A stretch of DNA of 63,599 nucleotides, counting the filler, from Conidiobolus incongruus B7586 (taxonomy: Eukaryota), in the NCBI GenBank assembly GCA_000697335.1. It is 33 parts of 33 records of this genome, joined end to end, with 100 filler letters (N's around TTAATTAATTAA, not from the genome) between each part and the next. Parts side by side here need not be neighbours in the genome. Positions count along the whole stretch, not along the records: positions 10,564 to 16,097 come from JNEM01004558.1; positions 16,198 to 17,507 come from JNEM01004561.1; positions 17,608 to 19,044 come from JNEM01004563.1; positions 19,145 to 21,403 come from JNEM01004564.1; positions 21,504 to 22,753 come from JNEM01004565.1; positions 22,854 to 24,279 come from JNEM01004569.1; positions 24,380 to 26,187 come from JNEM01004570.1; positions 26,288 to 27,921 come from JNEM01004571.1; 25 more parts are not named here. One strand, 5' to 3'. Each line of letters begins with the position of its first letter. Position 1 is the stretch's first letter. Shown in pieces: positions 13,901 to 28,021 of the stretch. The notes beneath the pieces were generated by a model, which made no database searches, was not told where the DNA came from, and saw nothing but the letters and a program-made list of their open reading frames with translations. A program made the position numbers and the translations under genes.

Positions 13901-15850
13901 TTATTAAACAGCTTTAGAACAATTAAAAGAATTTTTGTTTTTACCCCTAATTTTTCACCTATTTACCTTTAATCTAAATATTTATATTATAATAAATATC
14001 AATAATTTTGTTATAATTGTTTTACTTGAATAGAGTTATTTAAATAGTTAACAAAAAATAGAATTTATATCTAAAAGTTTAAATAATATATAACAAAAAT
14101 ATAAAGTTTAAAATAATAACTACTTATAATTATTTTAAGCCACAAATATTTATATTGTTATTTAATAAAATCTCATATTATTTTCAAACTAATCACCATC
14201 TTAAATATATCAAAACTCAAAAAAAATTATCTCCCATTTAAATATAATAGATAAATATTATTAATAGTTATATTATTAAAGTCTGCTATATACTTAATAA
14301 TTTAAACCTTTTAGCTAATAGATTATCTTATTGTTATAATCTTAAAATTATAAATATTTAAATTTTTAATGTTAGAAAATAACTACTTGACTATATTAAA
14401 TAATATTATATTCAAGTCTTATTTTTTAATATTATTTATTAAATATTAAATAATTTTAATAATATTATTAATAAATATTTAATTACAAAATTGAAATATT
14501 ATTAATTATATAATAGCTTATTATATTATATAGTTAATAATGCATCTTGTTTATATATACTTAAATTAAGTAAGCTATGTAAATTATTAATCTATAAAAA
14601 TTATATTACTTTTGTCTCAAGATATTTTAAATATAATATCAATTTCAATTATTTTGAATAATTTTATTATCATTAAATAAATAAAACTGTTAAATATTAT
14701 ATTAGATCTTATAATATCTATTTAAGGATTAAAAAACATACTCAACTAAAATATAGTTATTTTTACCCTTATCAAGTCCATTTATATCTTATTTATAATA
14801 TTTAAATAAATTTAATAAATTTATTTTTAAAGAAAAGAGGGGTAATGATGTTATTATAATTATTATAAATAAATTTTCAAAATTTACTTATCTAATACCT
14901 TTATAAAAAGCAAAATCTACATTTTAAATAATTACACAATTTTACTTCAAAACCATCGTTTATTATTATAGCCACTTATATATTATAGTCTCAAATCACA
15001 ACCTTTGTTTTATATTTCTTTTCTAGAAAAAACTCTTCTAATTAATAAGAACTTAATTAAAAATAATATTTATAAACTATCTAGAAATTAATAAAGAAAT
15101 AAAAAAAATCAAATATTTAAACAAATATTATATATTTGATAACTTTAAATAAATAATGAAAATTTACTTTTTTCTTTTGTTGAAATTATAATTAACTTTA
15201 AAAACAATGTACTATTAAAAAATCACCAATGAAAATTATTTTTGATTATAACCTTATAATATTAAACTCTTTAATTAACCCTCACTCATTATTATTTAAA
15301 TAAGTTAATATTAATTAATTTATTCAATAATATAAGAAAAAAAATAAATATAACTAGAGATTTATTAGTAAAGAACTAAGATTATATAATTATATATATA
15401 AATTACTTTTTTTATTATATCAATTTTAATATTAGAGATTAAATTCTTATAAATGTAAAATAACTTAATATTAATTATAAAAAAAATATACGCTTTTAAA
15501 AAATTAAGCATTAAATGGATTAACCTATTTAAAATAATTAATATAATATCATTAGTTATTGATAAATTAAAATTCTTAGTAAATATAAAAGTTCATAATA
15601 TTATTTATATATCCTTTCTTAAATTTTACTTAAACTATTAAAATAAACTAAAATATCTTAATATAGTTTATAATAACTATTATAAAGTAGATTATATTAT
15701 TGCTAAGGGAATATTATATAATAAGCAATAATTTCTTATTAAATAGAAAAGTTATTTTATAGTAAAATTAGGTTAAGTTGAAGAAAAAGATATTATTCCT
15801 AAAATAAATAAAGAATATATATATAGTTAAAATCTATAAGAAAGGAAAAG

Positions 15851-16086
15851 TGTTGGTAATATTATTAACTATTTATAATATTATAATATAATACTTATTA
15901 TATAATTACTAAATTATTTAATATTACTTGATTATATTTTAATTGATAAAATTTAACATTTGATAAAAAGGGTAGGTTGATAAAATTAACAAATAAGTAA
16001 TTTTATATTGAATATGAAATATAATAGATATATATTTTACTTTTATTTTTTTAAATTATAAACCCTGATTATATAGAAAATCGAAT
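15851..16086 (+). repeat. 3' LTR of G1
   Basis: Begins with TG immediately after purine tract aagaaaggaaaag; similar to 10682-10921. Confidence 0.78.
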
Positions 16087-16197
16087 ATCATTAATTANNN
16101 NNNNNNNNNNNNNNNNNNNNNNNNNNNNNNNNNNNNNNNNNTTAATTAATTAANNNNNNNNNNNNNNNNNNNNNNNNNNNNNNNNNNNNNNNNNNNN

Positions 16198-17494
16198 TTT
16201 TAATAATTGGAATTTTTTGCAATTAAATATAAATAAATATTTTAATATATAATATATAAATATAAATATATTATTAATTTAATAGTTATTTTTATTATTT
16301 ATATTTTTTTGCTATACTTTTAGCAAATTTCAAACACTTAAAAAACAGTTCTTTTTATTAAAAACTATAATTTAATGTTTTATAAACTAATTAAATTTTT
16401 CTGTAGAAATTTTCTTTCTTACAAGCTGGTTTTTTCATTGCTTAAAGTAATTATAATTATATAGGTTAAAATAAAAAAATATACTAGATGTAGTAGTTTT
16501 TTGTAGTTATTTTTAATTAGAAAGTTCTTTATATCTTTAGATTTATGTATTTTATAATTATCATGTAAAATAATAGGTCTTCTAAAATTATATTGAGAAC
16601 ACTAATTAGAAATACTTTTATTTAATAAAGCAATATATAATTTATTATTAATAGATTTTCCTTCCAAAACTAAATAAGAATAGCATATAACATTATAATC
16701 TTATATAATAATTAATATTCATTTATTAATAAAATACTTATTTAAAGGGATTTGTAGAGGGGGTTGATTTAGCTTAATCTAGCATTTTGATTTGTGTTTT
16801 AGTAAAAGATTATACATAAAAATCTAAGATTTATCAATTATAATTATTTGTGTAAAAGTCTAGGCTTTTAGTAATATTTCAATAAATTTTGTTTAGCAAT
16901 AGCTAATCTAGTTTTTTTTTAAGCTTTAGTTAAATTATAAGATATTTATTTTATATTTTTATTTATTACTTTTAGTTTAAATTTTAAAATATATAAAATA
17001 CTTATAAAACTAATATTAAAATGCTTAGATAATTTGTTAGCTGATATAAAAACATACTTTTCAATATATTTTTATACTCTACTTAAAATTGAAAGAGTAA
17101 CAGTAAAAGTTAATCTTTTAGATTTTAACAGGTTTTAAATAGTTTCTTTCCTAACTTTAAAATAATTTACCTAGCAATAAATTGTTGATTTAGATAATAC
17201 TTTGTTACCAAAAGCTACTTGTAAATATTTAATAATTTTAAAGGGTTTATGGTTAAGTTTTATTGATACTAAAATAAAAAACTTTTGATGATTATTATTT
17301 AGGTTAAGTATAATTAAATTAAACTACCAATTTTAAAAAATTAATTTTTTAATCAAACAGACTAATATATATATATATATATTAAAAATATATAATTTCC
17401 TATTAACTTTGTATAAATTTATTTATTTCAAATTATTAATATATTTGAAAAATCAGAAATTAAAAAATTTCCCATTATTTCAAATTTAAAGTAA
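16198..17494 (-). mobile_element. mariner family B, near full length, degenerate
   Basis: Colinear with other B copies; terminal aaaaaatttcccattatttcaaatttaaagtaa|ta. Confidence 0.9.
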
Positions 17495-17849
17495 TATTTT
17501 AACCAATNNNNNNNNNNNNNNNNNNNNNNNNNNNNNNNNNNNNNNNNNNNNTTAATTAATTAANNNNNNNNNNNNNNNNNNNNNNNNNNNNNNNNNNNNN
17601 NNNNNNNTATTTATAATTTTTAAATATTTAATTTTATATATGTTTTATTTTGTTTTGAAATTAGTAATTATAATAAATTAGTAAAATTAAAAAATTTTTA
17701 TATTCTATAAATTCAATTATATTTATAAAATAAAATGTTAATATATAGATAATTTCTTAATAAAGAACTTATATATAGAGATATTAATAGTAGATAAATT
17801 AAAAAATAATAAAATCTCTCAATTCTGATTATTTTAATATTATTTTGAA

Positions 17850-19044
17850 ATATATATAATTGGAATTTTTTGTGATTAAAAAATATTAAGTATTTTAATA
17901 AATAAAATATAATAATAATCATATAATATAAAATAAATAATTTTTTTTATTTCTAATAATTTCTTGTAATACTTTTGGCCAAGATCTATTACCTAAAAAT
18001 TAATTCATTTGATTAATGACTGAAATTTGATATTTTATAAATTAATTAAATTTTCTTGCAAAAATTATTTTTCTTGTAATTTGGTTTTTTAATTAACCAA
18101 AACAGTTATAATCATATTGGTTATAATTTAAGAAATTTACTAGATATGTTAGTTTTTTCTAGTTTTTTTGATTAAAACGTTTTTTAAAATTAAAAATCTA
18201 TATATTGTAATTATTTTACAAAATAATAGATTTTCTCAAATTATATTAAAAATACCAATTTAAAATAGTTTTTTTTAAATAAAATATATAGTTAATTATT
18301 AATTAATTCTCTTTTAATAATTAAATAATAATAAATACCATTATAATCTATAATAATAATTCATTTTAATTTATTAACAAAGTGTTTATATAAAGATATT
18401 TATAAAATGGTTTGATTTGGTTTGATCCAATATCTTAATTTATGTTTCGGTAAAGGATTATATAAAGAAATCAAAGATTTATCAATTGTAATTATTTGTT
18501 ATAAAAGCCTTGGTTTTTAATTATTTCTTAGTAAGATTTGTTTATTAATAGCTATTTTAGCTTTTTTTAAGCTTTAGTTAAATTTTAAAATACCTATTTT
18601 ATATTATTAATATTTAATTAAATTATAAACTTAAATATATATGAAAACCTATTTGACTAATATTAAAGAGCATTGTTAATTCTCTATCTAAAATAGCAAA
18701 GTGCTTTTTAATATATTTTTTTATTTTATTAGTAATTATAAAAACTATAGGTAAAATTAGTGTTTTAGATATTAGCAAGTTTAGAATAGTTATATTTCTA
18801 GCCTTGAAATAATTTACTAAGCAATAAATTGTTTATTTGGATAATAATTTATTCCTAAAAACTATTTATAGATTTTGAATAATTTTAGAGGGTTTATGAT
18901 TAAGTTATATTGAGATAATAATAAAAAACTTTGGATTGTCATTATTTGGTTTGAAAATTATAAAATTAAACAATCAGTTATGAAAAATGATTTATTTAAT
19001 CAAAAAATTATTATATATATATATATATATATAATTAAAACTAA
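17850..19044 (-). mobile_element. mariner family B, degenerate, truncated by contig end
   Basis: ggaattttttgtgatt end, aaaagccttggtt, ttttagagggtttatg and the TA microsatellite are shared with B copies. Confidence 0.87.
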
Positions 19045-19144
19045 NNNNNNNNNNNNNNNNNNNNNNNNNNNNNNNNNNNNNNNNNNNNTTAATTAATTAA
19101 NNNNNNNNNNNNNNNNNNNNNNNNNNNNNNNNNNNNNNNNNNNN

Positions 19145-21403
19145 TTTAAAACAAAAAATAAAATAAGTATATTCAAAAAATAAAATAATAACAATTAATA
19201 AATTATTTTAACTATTTGTTAATTTATGAATATTTATAAAATTAAGTTAAATTTATTATTAAGTTTTATTAAGAACTTATAAAAGAATAAGTTTGCTATA
19301 TTTCAATTGGGTATTATATTATATTCTTTAATATATATTATATGTATTAATATATTTCTATATTAATTCAATTATAAAAAGTTAGTAATACTTTATTTTA
19401 ATTCTTTTAATAATCTTCAGCTAATTTTAATATTTTCTAATAAGTGAGTTATAGTATTAATTAAATATTACTTATTAAATCTTTAGAATATTAAGGATAT
19501 ATACACAATTATTATAGTATAGTAAGTTATCAATAATTTTAAAACTTTTAACATATTTTAAATGTTTTTTTAATAGTGTAAAAAGTTCTTTTTTAATTAA
19601 AATAAAGAAATTATTATTTAGTAATATTCCTTAAAAAAGTTTAATAAATTTTCCATTTCCTTTATTAATAATCATTAAATTAACATTTGGTATGTTTTTA
19701 AAATTAAAATAAAAAAGTAAGTATGTAAAGTTTCTTAATAAAATATCTATAATATAATTATATTAAAGTAAAAGATATTAAATAAAAAAATAAGTTTAGA
19801 TATTTTTAATTTATTAAATTTATCATTTTAATAAATCCTTTTAGGTATTTAAGTAAATAAATAATATATAAATTATAATTTATAAATATTAAGAAAATAT
19901 TATAATATAATAAATATAAATGATTTTTAATTATTTTTATTAAGATAAAGAGTTTTTATTAATAAACTAAATATTTTAATTCAGCTATTTTTATTTTTTC
20001 TTAATTAAAATATTATTAACTTTTGAGTAATATTTATAAAATTAAACTTAACTTATTGTCTTTTATTTATTATTTTATCTTAAAGTTAAAGGGTAAAATT
20101 TAAATTAAGTTCAAACTAAGCTAATTATCTAATAATTATAAAAAAACTAAAATTAGTGAAAATAATGATAAGTAGTTTTGAATTAATAATAAATAAAATA
20201 AGAACATTAATAATATAAAAAATTAAAGCATTTATATAAATATTATATACAAGTGTTTATTCAAAATAAAATATTTTTCCTTAAAAGATTAATTAAAGAA
20301 ATTATAAGTTCAATAAAAAAATCAATAAACATTTGATGTAATTTAACAATCTAAATATAAATATAAGTTAATATTTATTTATAAATATAATAAAAACATT
20401 TATATTATTTATTTTGGTTAAATCAATATTAATTCCTTAAAAAATAATATAATCATAGAAAGAAATAAAAAAGGTATTAAAAATATATTTTAATAATATT
20501 AAATATAATTTATACTCTTGAATAATTTATAAAATTTAATTAACATATTAAATATATTTTTCTTTAGTTTTTAAATAGATTAAAATATTAATAATGTAAA
20601 TAATATTAAAGCTATTAAAAACAAGATTAAAAAGGGAATTGTTAAATTAAGTAAAAGTTATAAGGGTATTCTATAATTTAAAATTTATAATACTAAATTT
20701 ATAGTGGTTTAAAAGAGTATTAAAAATAATTAAGGGAATAGAATTTTCTTAAACTTTAATATTATAATATTTATTTCTAATGTTTAATTTAGTGAATATA
20801 ATTGATTTAAGTAATTTATCTTTAATATTATATAGGTTGAATAATAAAATTTCAATTTTACTAGACATAAAATTTAAAATATAATTATAAATATATTGTC
20901 TTTAATATTTATTAACCTTTTTATATAAGAAAATTAAAAAATATTTAGAGTGACAAAAAAGATTTAATATATTTATTGTCAAGTAATTTTTAGATTTTTT
21001 TTTCAACGTTTGATGTTATTTAAGAGATAATTGGTAAATAAGTATTAAATATAGTTATTTAATAAAAAAAGTTTAATTTTATACTTAATATTATATTTAA
21101 AAGAATTTTTACTAATAAGTTTAAAAATATTTGCAAATTCACTTATTATATATTATAAGAAGTGATTATTAAATATAACTTTATTAAAGCTAACAGATGA
21201 AATATTAATAGATAAGTAATAAATAAATATATATCTTTATAGATTATTAAGATTATAATTAATTTTTTATATTGATTTTTATATATAGTAATAAAATTAT
21301 TTGCAACTATTATAAAGTAAGTATTAGGTAAAGTATTTAATAATTTTATAATAAAATAATATAAATTTTTTAAGATTTATTCCATTAATTATTTTTAGAA
21401 AAT
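19145..21403 (-). mobile_element. Ty3/Gypsy family G2 pol fragment (RT-RNase H), degenerate
   Basis: Reverse complement of ~20572-20610 reads IYIINILIYL (YxDDILIYS); homologous to 28022-29808 and 55376-56838. Confidence 0.78.
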
Positions 21404-21503
21404 NNNNNNNNNNNNNNNNNNNNNNNNNNNNNNNNNNNNNNNNNNNNTTAATTAATTAANNNNNNNNNNNNNNNNNNNNNNNNNNNNNNNNNNNNNNNNN
21501 NNN

Positions 21504-22753
21504 AATATTTTATAAAAAATAATCATTAGATATAATTTTATTAAAATCAAAATATAAAGTATTAATAGATAAGCAGTAATTAATTATATATTTTTATAAA
21601 TTATTAAAACTTTATAATTAATTATATCATTAAATTTTGTTTATATTAATAAAATTATTTATTATTCTTGTAAAATTATCATTATATAAAATATTTAATA
21701 GTTTTATATTAAGATTGTATAAATTTTCTAAGATTAATTTTACTAATTTCTTTTTAAAAACAAAAGAAATAAATTTTTAACCTTTTAAATTAATTTTTAT
21801 AGTTATAAAACTATCCTATTTAAATTAATTTTAATTTATTATAAATTATAACTAATATTACAAACAAACAATTTAATATATTAAGAGTAATTAAGATATA
21901 ATAAAAGGTAACTAAATATAATATTAAATATTTGATCTATTAAATTATTAGCATATTTAATCATTAAGTTGCTATTTTAATTATATAAAGAAAATTTTAA
22001 AAAAATATAAAAAAGATAATATAATTAAAATAATTAAAGTTTATTAAAATATTAATAAGTATATTTATAAAATAATTAGTTAAAATAAATAATAAGATAA
22101 TAATTAAAAGTAAAAACTTATAAAATAGATTAGTTACAAAAATATTATTAGTTTCTAGTAATTTAATATATAAAATATTTTTAGTATATATAGTTTAATT
22201 TATAGGATCATTAGTTTATTAAAACTCTTGTGGATTAGATTAAAACCTATTAATTATCTGTGAAAAAGATGATTTTAAGGTTATATTAATTTTATTTAAT
22301 TTTGATTTATAGTTAATAGATTAAGATTTTTATAGATTAAATTAATACTGTTTTTTAAAAAGATATTTATCAATATATAATTAACTTAAGTTTTTAAACT
22401 ATAATAATAATTTTTATTTACTCTTAAATATACTTTAGCTTTTTTATTAAATAATTTTTTATAAATCTTTATAATAAAAATATTTGTTATTTAAAATTTA
22501 AGCAAATTAAAGTAAGTTTAAAAAAATTAATTCTTTAGATGAATAAATTAAATATAAAATAAAAAATATTATTAATCATAATTATTATATTATAAAGATT
22601 TAAAAAATCATATTATTAAAATATTTTTAATTAACTAACTAGAGTTTTACTTAAAGATTGAAATATTATAATAACTTGTGGATTTATTTTACTATAGTAA
22701 TATTTAATATTTTTAAATATATCTTATAAAGATTCTTAATTAATTACTTTATA
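21504..22753 (-). mobile_element. Gypsy family G2 fragment upstream of RT (gag/protease region)
   Basis: First ~250 bp resemble ~21150-21403; the last ~600 bp resemble 29909-30520. Confidence 0.65.
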
Positions 22754-22853
22754 NNNNNNNNNNNNNNNNNNNNNNNNNNNNNNNNNNNNNNNNNNNNTTA
22801 ATTAATTAANNNNNNNNNNNNNNNNNNNNNNNNNNNNNNNNNNNNNNNNNNNN

Positions 22854-24279
22854 AATCTACAAAAGTGAGTTATAAAATCAAAAACACTTATATTTTTACT
22901 AATAACTTGAATAATATTTAATAAAATAAACTTAAATTAAATAATTAAAATTTATTATATTTATTAATAATATATATTATTAAATAATGATATTTAGTTA
23001 TTAATTGGTTAAATATAAACTCTTAAATTTTACTAAAGGTAAGTTATAAATTTGTAGGTTTTTGGTGATAAAAAAAATTAAAACCTAATATATCTATCTT
23101 TAGTTTTTTTAACTTCTTTAAGTTTGTGGGGTATAGAATCAATTAACTTCTTATACTAAGAAGGGTTAATCTTGTTTTATGCTTCTTAAATATATTTTTA
23201 AAGCTGATTTAAATTTTTATTAATGGGAAAGCTTTAATAGCTTTTTTAACTAATCCTAAAGGTATTTAATTAAATTAAGATTAAAAAATTAAAGAGGCTA
23301 CTTTATAACTATTATTTTGTTATTTTTAAGCTATTTATTAATAAAAGTTATAATATAGCAAGAGGTATTAACTTATTAGAAAATATTATTATATATGTTT
23401 AACTTATATTATTTAATGGTTTTTTTCAATTCATTGTTTAGAATATTATAATATATCTTAGTATTAATTCCCCTATTAATTTTATAAAAATATTTTACAT
23501 TTAAAGATAATATATATCCTTAAATAATAATTAACCTATTATTATACTTTTAGATAGAATTAACATAATAGTTAAAAAGTAGTTTTATATCTTTTCTAAA
23601 ATATCTACCTTTTTTATCAAATTTATTAAGGTAAATTTTTGTTTAATTAAACTAAATAACCTTACTCTAATTAATTTTGGTTTAATATTGATAGTAATAT
23701 TTAAACTCCCATCTAGCTTTATAATGGGATTTTTTTAGTTAAGGGTGTTTTTTTTTGAAGTGTAAGTGATATCTATGTTAATATATAGTATACATAATAT
23801 TATCAATATTAACTAATATTCTTGCATAGTTTTATAGTTTTTGCTATATTTTTATAATAATATCACACTTATTTATATTAATTAACCTATAAATATACTT
23901 CTCATCATATTTAACTATAACCTTAACATATATAAATTTAGGTTTAAATGTGCTTTTATTACTATTCTTAATAACTTTAGCTATAGTAATCTAGCTAACA
24001 CTAGTAATTCTAATAATATCACAAGTTGATTTATCTTTTTTATAAAATTGATTGATATATAAGTAGACTTTTTTAGAGAGGGATTTAGGTATAATAATAT
24101 TAATAAAAAAGAATTTGATATATTTATAAAATATTATATAAAATAACAATAAAAAGAGAAAAAAAATATGCTTATATATTGTTAAATATATCCCTTTATC
24201 TTAAAAACCCATAAATTTATAACTCACCTTAGTTAAATATTAAAGGTTAATATTTTTGCTAATAGTTTACTAAATATAT
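22854..24279 (-). mobile_element. Tc1-like family A, near full length
   Basis: aaaagtgagttataaaatcaaaaacactta terminal repeat; whole transposase relic; opposite inner repeat aaacccataaatttataactcacctt. Confidence 0.9.
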
Positions 24280-24379
24280 NNNNNNNNNNNNNNNNNNNNN
24301 NNNNNNNNNNNNNNNNNNNNNNNTTAATTAATTAANNNNNNNNNNNNNNNNNNNNNNNNNNNNNNNNNNNNNNNNNNNN

Positions 24380-25650
24380 CTAATATTTTAAAATAAATAT
24401 TATAATGCTTAAATCACTCTCTAAAAAAATTAAAGTACATATTAATTAACTTTATAATAAAAATAAATCAACTTGTAAGATTTTTAGAATTACTAGTGTT
24501 AGCTAATTTGTTATAGCTAGGGTTATTAAAAATAATGTTATAAAAACATTTAATCTAAAACTCAAGTATTTAAAATTATAAATAAATATGATATAAAGTA
24601 TATTTGTAGATTAGTTAATATAAATTAATATAATATTATTAGAAAAGTAAAACATAAAATATAAGATTTTTAACAATATTAATTAATATTAATATTAATA
24701 TTTTTATATATACTTTATATTAAAATAAATACCATTTATACTTTAAAAAAAACACCCCTAATTAAAAAAATTTTATTATAAAGTTAAATAAGTGTTTAAA
24801 TCTCAAACTAAAGCTAAATTATTATTAATTTAAGTAAAAATATTTAATCTAATGAAACAAAGATTAAACTTAATAAATTTAATAAAAAAGTTAAATATTT
24901 TATAAAAGATAAAGAATTACATTATAACTATTATATTGATACAACCCAAAAATATAATTATAGATTAATTATAGTTTAAGGATATATATTATTTTTAAGT
25001 GTAAGGTATCTATATAAGATTTTTGGGGGAATTTATATTAAGATATATTATAATATATTAAATAATAAATTAAAAGAAAACTATTGAGTAATATATGTTA
25101 AATAAATCAAATATTAGTTTTTAATAAAATAATACCTTTTATCATATTATAAATTCTATTTTTAAATAGTTTAAAAATAACAAAATAACTATTATAAAAT
25201 AACCTCCTTAATTTTTTAATCTTAACCTAATTGAATATTTTTAAGATAAAGTAAAAAAATTAATTAAAACTTTCCACCTAATATAAAATTCAAATTAATT
25301 TTGAAAATATATTCAATAAACTTAAAATAATATTAGTTTTACTTAATGCAAATGATAATTAACTTTATGCCTTATAAATTTGAAAAAGCCAGAAAAGCTA
25401 ATGGTAAATATATAAATTATTGATTTTTCTATTAAAATTAAAACTTACAGATTTATTACTTATTTTGAATATATTTTTAATTTTAATATAATAATTAATA
25501 AATTATTAATTTCATTTTTATATATTATATTGTAAATAATAAATATATAATAATTAAATAGTTTAAATTAAATTTATTTAAATTTGAATTAATTAGGATA
25601 TTAAGAGAAATATTTTTATTTTTAATTTTATAACTTATTTTTACAATTAA
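24380..25650 (+). mobile_element. Tc1-like family A, divergent variant
   Basis: atg ctt aaa tca ctc tct aaa start; retains catalytic Glu in aac cta att gaa (25224-25235); 3' flank resembles 46736-47955. Confidence 0.82.
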
Positions 25651-25699
25651 AATTATACCAACTTTTTATATAAAATAATTTCTATATAGTATTCTTAAT

Positions 25700-26010
25700 A
25701 TAAATTAAAGATACTTATTATTTTGCATAAAAGTTGTAAAACATATAAATCTAATATTGTAAAAGACTTTTTATATAAGAAAACTAAAAAAAATTATTAT
25801 ATTTAATTAATTCATATAAATTTAACCTATAGAACTATAATTGTTTTGGATAATAAAAAATCAACTTATAGAAAAAAAATATTTACAAATTAAATTGATT
25901 TTTGAAATATTAATTTTCAATTGTCTATAAAAAAACCTTATTTTAAATATTAGAAGCTTTTTAAAAATATAGAAAAATATTATTAAAAAAACAAAAACTA
26001 TTAATTTCAT
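25700..26010 (+). mobile_element. mariner family B 3' fragment, strongly degraded
   Basis: ttattattttgcataaaagttgtaaaacatataaatct and ataattgttttgga resemble the HDNCKIHKS and YNCF blocks. Confidence 0.6.
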
Positions 26011-26287
26011 AATTTTTATTAAACTTTATATATCATTATTAATTTTTTAATTTAATATATTCTTAAAATTATATCATTATTAAATTTTTTTATTAATAAT
26101 CATTATTTAAATCAAAATTAATATCAATAATTTTGCCTTTAAGATATTATAATTTAATATATTTAAATATACAATAATTTGTACAAANNNNNNNNNNNNN
26201 NNNNNNNNNNNNNNNNNNNNNNNNNNNNNNNTTAATTAATTAANNNNNNNNNNNNNNNNNNNNNNNNNNNNNNNNNNNNNNNNNNNN

Positions 26288-26660
26288 CAATTATATATAT
26301 ATTGATATTATTTTTATAAATTATTATTTAATATAATATTAGTATTATAATACTTAAATCCCTCTCTAAAAAATTGACTTGTGTATTAATTAACTTTATA
26401 TTCAAGGTAAATTAATTTTTGAAATTATTGGAATTATTAATATTAGCTAATTTATTATAATTAAGGTTATTAATAATAATAATAAAATTATATATAAGTA
26501 TAAATTAAAATATATCAAAATTATAGATAATTTTGATAAAAATAAATTTATAGGTTGGTTATTATAATTAAATAAAATTTTAATAACAATATAGAAAGAT
26601 TTATAAAATTATAAAAAAAAATTAATTGGTATTAATATTATTACTATATATTTTTAATAA
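26288..26660 (+). mobile_element. Tc1-like family A 5' fragment
   Basis: aaatccctctctaaaaaa (KSLSK) N-terminal block. Confidence 0.7.
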
Positions 26661-26729
26661 TAGGAATATTTTATATTTAAAAATAAATAAATATTATAAA
26701 ATATTATATATATAATATAAATTTAACTG

Positions 26730-27915
26730 TTTTCCTTGTTATTAATAACTTTTTGGTTTATTTTTAATAAATTTTATCACCTAATAAATAGTATTTTATT
26801 AAAAACTGAAATTTAATATTTTACAACCTAATTAAATTTTTTTATAGAAATTTTCTTTCCTATAAGCTAGTTTTTAAATTACCAAAAGCAATTATAATAA
26901 TATAGGTTATAATCTGGGGAATATACTAGGTATGGTAGTATTTTCCAATAGTTTTAATTAAAAAGCTTTTTATAACTATAAATTTAAATATTTTGCAATT
27001 ATAATATAAAATTATAAATCATTTAAAATTATATTAAAAATATAAATTTAAAATATTTGTATTTAAAATAATAATATAAAGATTACAATTAATTAATTTT
27101 TTTAATAATTAAATTATAATAGCATATAATTTTACAATTTATTTCAATAATTAACATTTGCTTATTAAAAAAATATCTATCTATAAGGATTTATAATGGG
27201 GGTTGATTTAGATAAACCTAGCATCTTGATTTGTATTTTGATAAGCAATTATACAAAATAATTTAAAATTCATCATTTATAATAATTTATTGTAAAAGCC
27301 TTGGTTTCTAGCTAAACTTTAGTAAATTTTATCTTATTATAGCTATTTTATTTTTTTTAAGGTTTTGTTAAATTATAAAATACCTTTTTGATAATTTTAA
27401 AATATTATTAATAGATTATAAATTAAAAGTTTCAATAAATAAAATATTTATAAGACTAATATTATAATACTTAGCTAATTCTCTTACCAAAATAAAAAAT
27501 TTTTTCAATATATTTTTTCATATTATTAATGATTCAAAAATGATAGTTAAAGTTAATTTTTTTGATTTTAACAAGCTTTAGATAGTTTTTCTCTCAGCCT
27601 TAAAGTAATTTACCAAGCAATAAATTTTTATTTTAGATAATATTTCATTACCAAAAGCTATTTATAGATTTTTAATAATTTTAAAGGGATTATGGTTAAG
27701 TTTTATTAATATTAATATAAAAGACTTTTGATGATAATTATTTAATTTAATTATAATTAAACTAAAGAGCTAAATTTAAAAATCACTTCTTTAATCAAAA
27801 AAGATATTAAAAATAATAAATTCAAAAAACATTTAATTTCCTAAATATTATGTATATATCATTTTATTCAAAATTAATATATATTTAAAAAATTTCCCAT
27901 TTTTTTTAAAATATA
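26730..27915 (-). mobile_element. mariner family B, degenerate
   Basis: ttttctttcctataagctag, aaaagccttggtttctag, accaaaagct and aaatttcccat end. Confidence 0.87.
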
Positions 27916-28021
27916 ATATTTNNNNNNNNNNNNNNNNNNNNNNNNNNNNNNNNNNNNNNNNNNNNTTAATTAATTAANNNNNNNNNNNNNNNNNNNNNNN
28001 NNNNNNNNNNNNNNNNNNNNN

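Larger units (their letters stand above)
10682..16086 (+). mobile_element. Full-length degenerate Ty3/Gypsy LTR retrotransposon (chromovirus type), family G1
   Basis: Two ~240-bp LTRs and a polypurine tract at 15838-15850. Degenerate domains in Gypsy order: RT NLDNLLVY (YLDD) ~13553, RNase H TDAS-like ~13990, integrase GNDVIIIIINKFSKFTYLIP at 14841, KLSIKWINLF (GPF) at 15501, chromodomain FLIK*KSY at 15732. Confidence 0.88.
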
